A stretch of 64,000 nt of DNA from the NCBI GenBank assembly GCA_951406725.2, contig OX597821.1:93062001-93126000 (forward strand), read 5' to 3'. This DNA is from Octopus vulgaris. Its lineage: Eukaryota. Below the pieces are notes generated by a model. That model did no database searches. It saw only the letters and a program-made list of their open reading frames with translations, and was not told the origin of the DNA. Positions 23,491-37,672 of this stretch are shown piece after piece (positions within the stretch are counted from its first letter, which is position 1; every line of letters starts with the position of its first letter). A program made the position numbers and the translations under genes.

Positions 23491-25035
23491 AATTAATAAG
23501 GGTGAGAGAATTAGATACAATTTAATATATATTTATTCACACCAAGTGGCCTAGTCACACCTGGATTATTATAATATTTTATAACATATTATAATATTTT
23601 CACAAAATAATATAGAGAGTGTTCACTATATTGATCACTCTAGCACGTTATCCAAGAGGTTTCAACCACGAAAAATACATGTTTCCCATGAAAGCCGGTA
23701 CGACTGTTAGCTCACACGGACAGGGCAAATAAAAAATAACAAAATACAGATTATCTTGGGACAATTGTTTCCTATTAATGAATTAAATGTAATATTACTT
23801 ACAGCAATCCATTTGTAGCTCTTCAGCAAGGCTATCTAGATGAAATCACTCAATCACACGCCAATTTTACCATAACGATAATTACGCGTGCGGTTCAATT
23901 GATTACATCGACGTTATAATTCAAATGCCCCAACCAACAGCGCGCCAAACTCACGGAAAACAAAATACAGCATTTAGAAATAAATCAGCATAATTATAAT
24001 TAATTAATAAGGGTGAGAGAATTAGATACTAATTTAATAGTATATTTATTCCACACCAAGTGGCCTAGTGCTACGAGAAACCTGGATTATTATATATTTT
24101 ATAACATATTATAATATTTAAAATAAATATAAGAGAGGTTCACTATATATCATTAGCACCAGTTAATCCAAGAGGTTTCACAAAATAATGTTCATGAATA
24201 CGATGTTAGCTCACAGGAAGAATAAATAAAAAATACGATATCTTGGGACAATTTTCGTATATTAAATAATATTCAGCAATCCATTGTATATCATATTGAT
24301 TACATCGGACGATATTAAATGCACAAAGGCAAATCTCACGGAAAACAAATACAGCATTTAGAAATAAATGCAGCATAATTATAATTAATTATAGTGAAAA
24401 TAGATACTATAGTATATTTATTCCACGTGCTAGTGCTACGAAACCTGATTATTATAATATTTTATAATATTATAATATTTTCACAAAAAAAGAGAGTGTT
24501 CACTATTGATCACTCTAACAGTTAATCAAGAGGTTCAACCACGAAAATACATGTTCCATGAAGGAGACTGTTGCTCACAGGCCCTGTCCGTGAGCTAAGT
24601 CGTACCTTTCATGGAAACATGTACGGTTAACTGATACGTGCTAGATGATCAATATAGTGAACACTCTTATATTTATTTTGTGAAAATATTATAATATGTT
24701 ATAAAATATTATAATAATCAGGTTTCTCGAGACTAGGCCTACCCTATTAATTAATTATAATTATGCTGCATTTATTTCTAAATGCTGTATTTGTTTTCGT
24801 GAGTTTGGCCTGTTGGTTGCATTTGTTATAACGTCCGATGTATCAATTGAACCACGCTATATTGTGATAAGAACTTTGAAGCTACAAATGGATTGCTGAA
24901 GTAATATTACATTTAATTCATTAATAGCGAAACAATTGTCCCAAGATAATCTGTATTTTTGTTATTTTTATTTGCCTGTCCGTGAGCTATAATGTATTTT
25001 TCTGTTAACTCTGATTATGTGCTATGATCAATATA
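23486..25035. repeat. Indel-riddled tandem and foldback array of a ~510-bp Penelope-like unit
   Basis: Units start ~23486, ~23997, ~24381; inversion point ~24580; related single copy at ~49365-49630. Confidence 0.8.
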
Positions 25036-25042
25036 TAACCTA

Positions 25043-25100
<58 letters not shown>

Positions 25101-25466
25101 CGAGAGAGCATATTCATATATTTGTATAAAAAGAAAAAAAGTATATGTATGTTTGTATGTGTGTATGTATTTATATATTTATATATGCATATACAGAGAG
25201 TGAGATAAATACAAATAGGCATACACATGTATACATATAAATAAATGTGTATACGAACACAAAAATACATAATTATATCATATACACACACACACATATA
25301 TATACACTCATACACGTACAACTTCGCATATATTTATAACAATATATATATATTTGTGTATGCGTGTGTGTGTATGTGTAAATACATATAAGTATATATG
25401 CATATGTGTGTGTATGTAAATCTATATTCGTGAATTTATTTGCAAGTATATGCATATCTATGTATG

Positions 25467-25516
<50 letters not shown>

Positions 25517-26254
25517 TACATACATACATTTATATATATATATATATGTATTTATTTATTTATTCGTTTCACAACTGTCACTACTTATTCATGTGTCGCT
25601 GTTTATAAAGTGAATTTATCAGAATAATACACACACAAAGTCATGCGCAGCAAGCGCACATACATATATTTTCTTGTGTGTGTATGTAAAACACTAAAGC
25701 CTCGCACACATGGAGACAGATAAAGACAGAGGCGCCCTCGTGTACTTAAAGACAAATACACACCCTTCCCGTCTTCTTCTTCTTCTTCATACGCACAAAC
25801 ACATGCACAAACGCACATGCACACACACACACACACACGCACGCGTGTATGATAGACACCCATGCCCACCCTTACAGGCACACTCATTGAAACACACACA
25901 CGCGTATCCTTGTCCTCATACACAACATACGCCAACGTATCAATTTTTGAAATGACTCACTGTTTCTGATTATGCCATCATGAAGATTTAATGTAGCTGT
26001 TATGATAAAATTCCACCGGATGCCGATGTTAAAATCTAATGCATTTCAGGTACATTTAAAAAGGTATAAGAATATAAGATATAAGGAAATAAAGATGAAT
26101 GTATAAGGAAATAAGTATGCAGCGAAAGCTAGAAAAATAAAATGCTATGACAATTTAAAGAAAAGGATGATAATTTGTGTTGGACATAGAGGAAGAAAAC
26201 TGAACTACATTGAAGATAGATACCAAATAAAACAGGAATAAATACATACACAAC

Positions 26255-26288
26255 TATGATGATAATAATAATAATAATAATAATGATG

Positions 26289-26377
<89 letters not shown>

Positions 26378-26429
26378 TATAATGATAATAATGATAATAA
26401 TAATAATAATAATAATGATGATGATGATG

Positions 26430-26466
<37 letters not shown>

Positions 26467-26538
26467 CAACAACAACAACAACAACATGAGTAACAGAAGC
26501 AGTAATAAAATAACAACAACAAAAGCAACAACATAACC

Positions 26539-26590
<52 letters not shown>

Positions 26591-26610
26591 TTATAATAGT
26601 AATAATGATT
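26255..26610. repeat. Compound (TAA)n/(CAA)n microsatellite
   Basis: Direct inspection. Confidence 0.96.
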
Positions 26611-26818
26611 CTCTCTTTATTATTGCCACCAGGGCACATTTATTCGTACAGTAAAAATGTGTACAAAGGTTTAACAAAATACGTTGGTTATACGTCACAA
26701 AGTTATATAAAAATGGAGGAAGTTGCATAGATATTGCACAATATATTGTGACATCCTAAAAATTTAAGAATTTTACAGCATATCTATATATGTATCTACA
26801 GTACAGATATCAGTAAAT

Positions 26819-27199
26819 GGTATGGAAGCACTCCGTCGGTTACGACGATGAGGGTTCCGGTTGATCCGAATCAACGGAACAGCCTGCTCGTGAAATTAAC
26901 GTGTAAGTGGCTGAGCACTCCACAGACACGTGCACCCTTAACGTAGTTCTCGGGGATATTCAGCGTGACACAGAGAGTGACAAGGCCAGAAATACAGGTA
27001 CAACAGAAACAGGAAGTAAGAGTGAGAGAAAGTTGTGGTGAAAGAGTACAGCAGGGATCACCACCATCCCCTGCCGGAGCATCGTGGAGCTTTTATGTGT
27101 TTTCGCTCAATAAACACTCACAACGCCCGGTCTGGGAATCGAAACCGCGATACTATGACCGCGAGTCCGCAGCCCTAACCACTGGGCCATTGCGCCTCC
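26819..27199 (-). mobile_element. SINE family A, tail type 1
   Basis: Reverse complement of 207-592; TSD TATCAGTAAAT at 26808-26818 and 27200-27210. Confidence 0.92.
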
Positions 27200-27619
27200 T
27201 ATCAGTAAATATAGAATATAATTTAAGGAAACCGGTAAAAAAAGAACATGAAGCATAATTCATGTCTGTGAGAAGCTAGTTTGGGTCAGAACGTCATTTG
27301 ACTCACTTCTTGTTTTACAACCAGCCGCACCCAGATTCAGTTCTGAGTATTTTCTGTGTCGGTTGGGTTTAAAAGTTTTCAACGTACTCCTTGAAACGTT
27401 TGTTTTGCCGTCGGGTGCTGAATAACATTGTATCGTTTGAATGACTACTAATATGCGTCCCTGAGAAATTCTAGAAACGTTTCAATATGGATTCAGTAAC
27501 TTTTAATGTTCTAAACTAACTGTAAGAAACTGATTGGAAAATCTGTTATAAAACAAAGATGAAACTCGAACACAGTCTTTAATGAAACACGTTTGTGTGT
27601 GTGTGTATATATTTATCAT

Positions 27620-28048
27620 TTATCTTTTCTTCTACTTGCTTCATTCATTAGATTGTAGCCATGCTGGGGCACCACCTTCAAGAACTTGTAGTCGAAATAA
27701 TCGACTCCAGGACTTTCTCTAAGGCTAGTAGATATTCCATCGTTTTCTTATGCCGAACCGCTAAGTTACAGAGTCGTAAACACACCAACATTGATTGTCG
27801 AGCGGTTGGACGGGGGCAAGCACAGACACAAAGACACACACACACACACGCACGCAATCATGTACATACACGCACAAGCACACACACACATATATATAAG
27901 ATGGTCTTCTTTTGGTTTTCGTCTACCAAATCCACGTGCAAGTCTTTGGTCGGCCCGAGACTATAGCACAAGACACTTGCTCTAGGTGTCACGCAGTGGG
28001 ACTGAACCTGGAACCATGCGGTTGGGAAGTAAGCTTCTTACCCCACCA
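27620..28048 (-). mobile_element. SINE family B, older copy
   Basis: Diverged match including the internal CA repeat. Confidence 0.8.
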
Positions 28049-28339
28049 TAAATCACAACAGGGCACCCCGCAACAACAAGGAACAACTACATAACAGCTA
28101 CTGTCTCAATCACCTCAATCCTTTTTTTAGACCCAATACGCAAACACAGAGATAAGGGATAGCACTAGACAGGAGGAACCAAAAGTGATAAAAATCAATC
28201 TAACTCACAAAGAACTAACAGCAAACCAAATCAACATACTACTCTAAGTTGAAAAGGTCGCAAAGGCTGAAACCGGTACTAAAATGTTCTTCATGATAAG
28301 ATTATTTTAGCATTTTCTCTCTTGCTTTATTTTCCTTAT

Positions 28340-28429
<90 letters not shown>

Positions 28430-28898
28430 ATGTGTACTTACATATAAGAGAACAAAGTGTACCTACGCCGCTAATTATATAAAACTCAAAATGGGACAAG
28501 AACGCAAAACATCCGGACAACTAGGTGATACAAAAAGGGAAAACAAAACATCCAGATAGACGATACCAAGAAAACAAAGAAGGGTCATTCGAAGTTTTCT
28601 ATCTTCAATCAAGAACCAAATTATCCTCGTAATTTCGGCTGATTATTCTTGAGTGACTAAAATAGTGACAAAAAGTGACTAAAATAGAATTAATGATGAA
28701 TACGCACATAATTGTACAGGATGAAAAAAAATGAATAATTATACTAATAACGTAATATAAACGAAATGTCAGATGTTTTAGTGCGTAAATTTTGGCCCGT
28801 GCTCCGTGTGTGTATGTGTGTGCTGACACGTATTAGCTTTAAGTTTTAGTTCATTATATATGCATACGTTCATATATACTTATACACATCACACACAC

Positions 28899-28944
<46 letters not shown>

Positions 28945-29532
28945 CATACATATGTGTGTGTGAGTGCGTGTATTTGTGTGTGTGTGTGTGTGTATCAAAA
29001 TTATAAAAATCGTACTCCCACCTTAGTCAATAGCAAACTACAAACATGTAAACGCGAGAACAGTCTACTAATAACCAAAGCGATTCATAAAAATGTCTGC
29101 ACTTATAACACAGACCGATACACTATGCCCCACAACACAAAACAATGCTAAATAGGAAAACTTTTGTAGACAACACATTCATATTACGTAGAACTTTTGT
29201 AAACCGCTATAACAAACTCTTAGATAACATATACACGTAACTAACAAAGCAACGCGTAACTGATGATGTATAAATCTAGATAGAAATTTCGGCTGTAATG
29301 TTTAAGCAAATAGCATTCGCCGTCTACAAAAGAGGCAATTACACTACACTCCACGTCATCTAAAGATGAAGCCATTATTATCTAGATATGTTATTGTTCC
29401 CAAAGATCTGCAAGGAACTGATACGATGATATGAAAATAATGAAAAATTAAAACTAGAACATCGCTGTGTTTTCAAAATCTGAAAGTAAAGCGCCTCGCC
29501 ATTTACGTGTATTAACGTGTGAGTGTGCGTGT

Positions 29533-29568
<36 letters not shown>

Positions 29569-29986
29569 GTGTATCTGTGTCTGTGTCTGTGTGGAAAATC
29601 CACACAAAGGAACTTCGTTGAAACAAAGTACTTTTGCTGAGTGTTGAATATACATGTATGGTCTGGGAATATTCGTTGAAAACAGAATTCGTTGAGCTGT
29701 GTTGGACAGTGAAAATAGAAATATTTTGAACTCTCATCGTAGAACTTCAGTCTCGATTATACATTTATCGTCATATAAAAGTCAAGCAGCCTGAAAATAA
29801 ACTGAAATTATCTTTGATTTAAAGGTTAATTTTCTTTTATCATTTAAATTCGACAGTAATTACAATAAATATTTCTTTGAATGTACTTTTTCTGCAAATA
29901 CGAATAAGTTGTCTTTCGACCATTTTACTTCCAACTAGCCGTACTTGTTTTCGATTATTGTATCGCATGTAATATATATGTATTTG

Positions 29987-30385
29987 AAGGCGATAAGCTG
30001 GCCGAAACGTTAGCACGCCGGGCGAAATGTTTAGCCGTATTTCGTCTGTCTTTACGTTCTGAGTTCACATTCCGCTGAAGTCGACTTTGCCTTTCATCCT
30101 TTCGGGGTCGATAAATTAAGTACCAGTTACGAACTGGGGTCGATGTAATCGACTTAATACCTATGTCTGTCCTTGTTTATTCCCTCTGTGTTTAGCCCCT
30201 TGTGGGTAATAAAGAAATAGGTATTTCGTCTGTCCTTACGTTCTGAGTTCACATTCCGCTGAAGACGACTTTGCCTTTCATCCTTTCGGGGTCGATAAAT
30301 TAAGTATCAGATGCGTACTGGGGTCGATCTAATCGATTGATCCCCTCCACAAAAATTTCGGGCCGTATGCCTACAATAGAAAGAA
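29987..30385 (+). mobile_element. SINE family C with partial body duplication
   Basis: Body restarts at AAAGAAATAG|GTATTTCGTC (~30221) and ends in the alternative GGGCCGTATGCCTACAATAGAAAG tail. Confidence 0.87.
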
Positions 30386-30796
30386 TATATACGTATTTGA
30401 GTCTGTGAGAAAAGGAGAGAGAAATAAAGGGAGGGGGAGTACGTAGAGGCCAAATGTATGAAGTCAGACATGGAGTTTCACGATGACAAACGAGGTTCAT
30501 AACGATGTTGGTCCATTCATGTGTTATACAACAAGAACTATTCTATACGTTGATGATAATGGCGAGAAAAAGGGACATCATTGTGATGTGTGCAAAGACG
30601 CGCTGTCTCATATAAACGCAGCCGAAAAGCTCACATGCCAAATTCAGGTAAAATTCATAGTTTATATGTTTATAGTTTATGTTTACAATTACGCAAGTTT
30701 ATGCACGCGCGCAGACAGACACGAATACACGCTCGCGCGCTGCATACATGCACACGCACGAACAAATACACAAATGCTTATATATTATATCCACAC

Positions 30797-31030
30797 AAGG
30801 CGGCGAGCTGGCAGAAACGTTAGCACGCCGGGCGAAATGCTTAGCGGTATTTCGTCTGCCGTTACGTTCTGAGTTCAAATTCCGCCGAGGTCGACTTTGC
30901 CTTTCATCCTTTCGGGGTCGATAAATTAAGTACCAGTTACGCACTGGGGTCGATATAATCGACTTAATACCTATGTATGTCCTTGTTTGTCCCCTCTATG
31001 TTTAGCCCCTTGTGGGCAATGAAAAAAAAA
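30797..31030 (+). mobile_element. SINE family C monomer with A-rich tail
   Basis: Close match to the first unit at 19771. Confidence 0.9.
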
Positions 31031-31177
31031 AAATTTTTAATATATATATTCACACAACGACACTTACATGTTGTATATACACTGTGCATAATAATGAATG
31101 ATTATATGAACATAGGCATCTGTGTGTGTGTACAAAAGAGAAATTGTAAGTATAATAAGCAATGTTTTTTTTAATTT

Positions 31178-31481
31178 ATGCACCCTTTTAAAGCCTAGCC
31201 AGGCTCATGGGCCCAGTTTCTCGGTTTCTATGGCGTATGTGTTCCCTTTCACTGGACGAGACGCCAGTCCATCGCAGCGTTCCTCAAAAAACAGGAAGAA
31301 AGAGTGAGAGAAAGTTGGGGCGAAAGAGTACAATAGGGGTCGCCACCACTCGCTGTCGGAGCCCCGTGGAGTTTTAGGTGTTTTCGCTCAATAAACACAC
31401 ACAACGCCCGGTTTGGGAATCGAAACCGAGATCCTCCGACTGGGAGTCCGCTGCCCTAACCACTGAGCCATTGCGCCTCCA
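31178..31481 (-). mobile_element. SINE family A head with third tail type
   Basis: Family A head, then GCTGCGATGGACTGGCGTCTCGTCCAG..AGAAACCGAGAAACTGGGCCCATGAGCC. Confidence 0.85.
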
Positions 31482-32514
31482 CAATAAGCTATGTACTCGT
31501 GTACATTTATTTTTTAAATGTGAATGTGAGCTTTCCATCCATATAATAAGATACAAGCAGATCGCAATAATGTCCTTTTTACTACCCATTAATGTCAATT
31601 AACAGTCTCGTTCTGTTTGAATAAAGCTTATTGGTAACGCCGTCTTTACATATGTCGCTGTGAGTCACAACCATTGAACATCATCTCCTTCTATGAACAG
31701 TTAGCCGTATGTACTTCTTTCTATATAATTTACATCTAACTGCGTATTAATTCATACAATAAAATGCAAGCTAAGTTATTACAGTATATGGATGAACAAA
31801 TAAAACAAGCGTTAGACAAATACGAAAATAGATGTTGCAAAGTTAAGCCCGTAGCCAACAATATTGAGTAGAATGGTTCGTCGATTACATTGATATTTGT
31901 ATAGCCTCAAACATCATTTTATCAAACCTAAAATAATCAAAAGACAAAGTCCATAAGAGTAAAATTTGAACTCAGAAAGTAAAAATCCGGAAGATACATC
32001 ATTTTCTCCAACAATACCGCTAATGCTACACAATAATAATTCGGCGGGATTCTGTCAAGCTCGGCATAACTTTTTTTTTTTTTTTTGACTTTTCAGAAAA
32101 AACACTTTAGCGAATTTGTTTTCTACACACGGGAAATTATACGGCTATGCAACATAACAAAAAAAAAATCGTGTGATTTAAGAAGTATTTAGCTGTTATT
32201 TTTAGCCTATCTGACGACCAGATATTACCGTCCTCGTTTGTTTATCACTCTGGTGTATTGATGTTATTTTCAATATCTTACTCCCCATTAAAAAAAAGCA
32301 TTTAATGATCTAATCCTGGGATTTAGCCAAAAATTCGAACTGTCCGACTGTGGTTTAAAAAGAAAGAGCTCGAAAATAGCTTTTTTCTTTATTTTCAAAA
32401 ATTTCGAAAATTAAAAAAAAATTTTTTGAATAGTCGTATAAATTTTCTGAAAATTCTAAAGAATAAAAAAGAGTTATGAAGGGTTATATGGCGTGCACAA
32501 AGCAGAATTCTGCC

Positions 32515-33282
32515 AATAATTCTTTCTAATTTTGGCACAAAGCCAGCAATTTTCAGGCAAGAGGAAGATGATTACATCGACCCCAATCATTGACTGGTGT
32601 TTAAGTAATCGGTGCTGTAAGACTGAAAGGAAAAGCTGACTTTGGTAGCATTCAGACTCAGACCGTAAAGGCCCGGAAAAATGTCGTTAAATATTTCGTC
32701 CGTCATGCTAACGAGTCAGCCAATTCGCTTCCTTTAATAATAATAATAAATCCTTTCTACTATAGGTACAAGACCAGGATTTTCTGTGAGGAAGGGGACA
32801 ATCGATCACATTGACCCTAGTATTTGACTGGTACTTAATTTATCGACCCCGAAAGGATGAAAGGCAAAGCTGATCTCGGTGGAATTTGAACTCAGAACGG
32901 AGTGAAAGACGAAATTCTGTTAAGCTTTTCGCCCGGCATGCCGCATTCCTAATAATGATAGTGGTTTCAAATTTTGCCACAAGGACAGCAATTTTGGGGG
33001 AGGGGATAAGTCGATTACATCGACCCCAGTGTGCAACTGGTACTTATTTTATCGACCTCAAAAGGATGAAAGGTAACTCAGAACGTAACAAAGCGGGGAA
33101 ATACCTATTTCTTTCGACCCACAAGAAGCTAAACACAGGGAGGACAAACAAGGATAGAATCGACCCAGATAGGATGAAAGGCAAAGTTGACCTCGGCGGA
33201 ATTTGAACTCAGAACGTAACGACAGACGAAATACCGCTAAGCATTTCATCCAGCGTACTAACGGTTCTGCAAGCTCGCCGCC

Positions 33283-33286
<4 letters not shown>
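32515..33286 (-). mobile_element. Cluster of 3-4 same-orientation family C SINEs of mixed age
   Basis: Repeated GAAAGGCAAAG..CTCGG.GGAATTTGAACTCAGAACG blocks separated by short TAA runs. Confidence 0.82.
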
Positions 33287-33323
<37 letters not shown>

Positions 33324-33369
33324 TTTAATTTAACCTTAAAAAGGTAAAAAAAAAAAATGAACGAACTAT

Positions 33370-33475
33370 TGAGTTTGGTTTAATGGCCTACCAATGTATA
33401 CTATGAGTTTCTTTGGCCTAGGAGTCGGGAAGACGCTCGGCAAGAAATGGAAGCAAATTTGAAAGAAGAAGAAAA
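33370..33475 (+). mobile_element. Dong/R4-like 3' UTR remnant
   Basis: GCCTACCAATG..GAGTTTCTTTG.CCTAGG...GGGAAGAC.CT.GGC shared with 60150-60230, which follows RLE-like coding sequence. Confidence 0.55.
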
Positions 33476-33907
33476 AAAAAATAATAATAGCAACAAGAAC
33501 AACGACGACGACGACGATAATGATAATGATGCTAAGGAGGTGGTGGAAGTGGTGGTAGTGGTGGTAGTGGTGGTGGGGGTGATGGTGAGAATGGTGATGA
33601 GGAGAAAGAGGGCGATGATGATGATGATGATTTTTCTTAAGTATGATAGTCAATATGAGACAAAGACGATACATTTCCTCGTTTGATACAATCTCCCTTG
33701 AAAAGCTGAAATAGCAAGAGGTAGGAATTTCCTCATCATGAAATGAATGCTCCTCTAACTGACATAATCAATAAAGCACGCCGAGCTTCGCCATTCAAAC
33801 TATTTCCTTTCCAGTTGCAGCGATTGATAGCAGAGGGGAGACAGGTAATATTGTTGATTACACAGGAAGGTAACCGTTTAAAATGCTTTCCTCTACGCTT
33901 TGAGTTC

Positions 33908-33947
<40 letters not shown>

Positions 33948-34040
33948 CGTATACATGTATGCATATGTGTGTGTGAGAGTGTGTGTGTACGTATACATGT
34001 ATGTATATGTGTTTGCGGGAGTGTGTGTCTGTGTGTGTCT

Positions 34041-34600
34041 TTTATGTTTTACTTGTTTCTGTCATTTGACTGCGGCCATGAAAAGTTTTAGTCGAACAAA
34101 TCGACCCCAAGACTTAATTTCTTAAAGCCTGGTATTTATTCTATCAGTCTCTTTGGCGGAAGCCCTTAGTTACGAAGGCACATGCACACCAACACCGATT
34201 ATCAAGCGGTTGTTATCTCCTCTAAAATATCTGGTTTTGTGTTCTCATAGAAACCACTGCTACTATGGTCCATATATATATTATTATTACTACTATATTT
34301 AAAATAAGTACCAATTGAATACTGGGGTCGATGTAATCAACTTACCTCCTCCCCAAAATTGCTGGCCTTGTGCCAAAATTTGAAACCATTATCTTTTAGG
34401 CGGTGAGCTGGCAGAGTGTTTTCGAACTGGACAAGATTCTTTCTTAGCGGCTTTTCTTCCGACTTTACGTTATGAGTCCACATACCGCCGAGATCGATTT
34501 TACCTTTTATCTGTATGTATCATTTAAGCATTGGGGTCAATGTATTCGACTAAACCCTTGTCTCAAAATTGCAGGCCTTGTGCCAAATTTTGAAGTCACT
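34041..34600. mobile_element. Old SINE fragments (family B tail on minus strand; family C pieces on plus strand)
   Basis: Diverged matches to the families above. Confidence 0.65.
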
Positions 34601-36032
34601 ATTACTTTTATGTTTGCAGTATTCCTTCTTAGCTTTAAAGTATGCATTCATGTTTGTAAAAACCAATTTAAATCTTGCGTAATACAACATTAACATATTC
34701 CTATGTCACCACCAAACTTCCTTCCATCCATTCATCCATTCATCCATCCATCTAGCTAACCTTTTTCTACGCTCTTTCAAGATTCAATCCATTGAAACTA
34801 AATTATTTACCACCCATCCATCAAATGGATACAAAACAAAACACAAACACAAACTAAATAAAATAAGAAAAAAAACTGTAAAAGATTTCTTTTGACTTTG
34901 ATGTATCTTTAATCAATGAGAGCCAGGGAGGAAAGGGTGTGACCTAAAACTTATTGTACAATTTTGTTTTTGGTTCAGTTCTAAAGCACAAAGATCTGGG
35001 TTTTTGATTGAAAGCATCACAGCTTCAATGAGAATAGTCGAACAGTTTTACTGTTAGGGATGTTATTTATTTTCCTTTTTCCATACAACAAATTTATCAA
35101 AGTAGAGATTAAATTTAATCATGATGGGGAAAAATTTTCTGATAAAATTTTCCCCTATTTATTTATTGCCATGTTGGTTGTTGATAATATTGACGATGAT
35201 ATCAATGATGATATCTGCTCCTTAAAGGTAGAAAAGTTTTCTATAGGATATAATGAAAAAAATGCTGTTACAAACCTCATTGTGGCAAGCGCTAAAGAGT
35301 AAAAGTAAGCTTTTCTGTGAAACAAATAAACTGTTTTTAATCTTAATTAGATCTCTTTTCACCTTATATTTGTAAGTAAGAGAAAATGTATGGGTGTAGC
35401 AGTTCCCTATTTCCTCTTCTAGATACGATTTATGCATCATGTCTATAATACAAAACGTTCTCCCTATTGTCCTGGTGACCTGATACTTTAAACCAATTTC
35501 AATTCCCAGGTTAAGCAAGTCCTCATCTCTTATAATACTGATGTCTTTAATAGAGGCTGCTCATCGCACCTCATCATTCCTTTTCCTTACAATCATGAAG
35601 TGTTGCCACCACCACTTAACGTCCACTTTTTCCATGCTTCTGTGGGTCGAACGGAATATGTTGAGACATATCTTCTACGGCTAGATGCACTATCTGTCGC
35701 CAACCCTCAGCTGTTTACAAGCAAGGAAATATTTTCCATAGCGAAAAATGTTTTCAACAGAAGGCTGGAAATAAACAACATCGCTTCTGTGACGTTTACA
35801 ATCATCACGTGATGTCAAGGGAAGGTTACACACATTCATGCACACATACATACACCACAAATACATACACATATATTCAACATGCTTCTTTATTTTTTTC
35901 CGTCTAGCAAGTCCACTCGCAAGACTTTTGTCGGCCTGGTGTTATAGTAGGAAACAGTTAGCCGAGGCAGGAGTGAACCCGAGACCACATGGTTAGGAAG
36001 CAAGCTTCTCAACCGCATAAACCACCCATGTG

Positions 36033-36097
<65 letters not shown>

Positions 36098-36129
36098 ATA
36101 GTGATTAAATATTACAATTTTATAGGCAG

Positions 36130-37627
36130 TGTTACATCACAAACGGTTGTAGAATGCCAACGTTTTGATTGCAGCAAAATGGACTCCCAGTTGCTCTAAC
36201 ACAAAGTTTGCCTTCATTTTCTTCCTTTACTGTCTCCTCTAACTATCAAAACCAATTTGACTGTCTCTCGCCCCCATTATCCTTAACCCTCTCTGAAATC
36301 ATCGTTTTCACAACTTTTCTTAGTTCTCTCATTCAAAGCATAATGATTTTAAAAGCCCAGAAGCAAAATCTTTTGCTAGTCCCAACTCCTAACGAATGAC
36401 TACTCTCTCATATAACATGCTTCTGCCCAAACACTTGATCTCCAGATACTTTTCATGTCTTTCTCTGCTCTAGACCACATTTTTTGATAAACCACCACCA
36501 TCTCTGCACCTGCCTCAACAACTGCCTAATTTAGTTATTCACCTCATGTTTTCAATTACACCCTACCGCAGAGATTTGGTACCCCGATTCAACTGACTGG
36601 CCAGTCTCTATTCAGTTCTATGTTGATTTTTTTTTTGCCGTACCCAATCTACAAGCTGGACTACTCTTATTCACCACTGCAACTCCTGCAAGATTATCTT
36701 TAACACAGATGGCGTCTTCGTGCATCGCACAACTCGCAAGTTCCGCCATCTCCCCAAATGCTGCCAAATTCTGGTCTCTTGCCAAAAATATTTTGACCAA
36801 TTTTTGTATCACTGTTGTATCGCACGTTCGACGCACGATATTACGGGATAATAAATAACGTCCTCGCATATTGTTCTACTCAAGATACACAATACTTGTA
36901 ATTACATTTGACAACACACAACTCGCGACTTTACACAGCTCACCGACTCTCTGCGCATGTCCATTTATAATGTGACACAGTCCCTTAGGAACCAACCAAA
37001 TAGAGGTGTTCTACTTCCACACAACAATCACGCACCTAACCTTTATCACCAAGACTCCATAATCAATTTTCTTATGGCGAAAGCCACGATATTCATTGCG
37101 CACAATGCAATCACCTCCCACACAATACACGCAAGATAAATCTCTTCAAAAACAATGTCTTTCTATTCTCACTAGGTTCACTGCTAAATATACACGTACG
37201 GAAACCTCCAGTCAATATGATTTAGGGCCTCACTCTATCTTCGCAGAACGTCCGCTGGTAAAAACGTGGCCGCTGTGCTACACGGAGTAGAGTCAAGAAG
37301 CCCAGCAGAAACACACTAGGTGAATGCGGTGTTTACTAAAATAGAAAAAGTGGCAGCAGAGTAATGGTAAAAAGTTGTGCTGACAAAAGACAAGAATAGC
37401 AGAGTGATGGTAACAATATGCGAAGGGAATAAAACGGAGCTTTAAGTCATAAAGACAGAAAGTAGAAAAATATATTGTTATTGTTTCTTAATGTTCCATA
37501 TTGAATTTCTTAGACATCATAAATGACAATTTTTTTCAAATATTGATTGCCTTTGGAATCAAAAGTTTTCTCCAACAATACCTTTCCTTTCTTTCTCTAT
37601 TGTGTTAGTCCTGCACTCAGCAGTACT

Positions 37628-37672
<45 letters not shown>

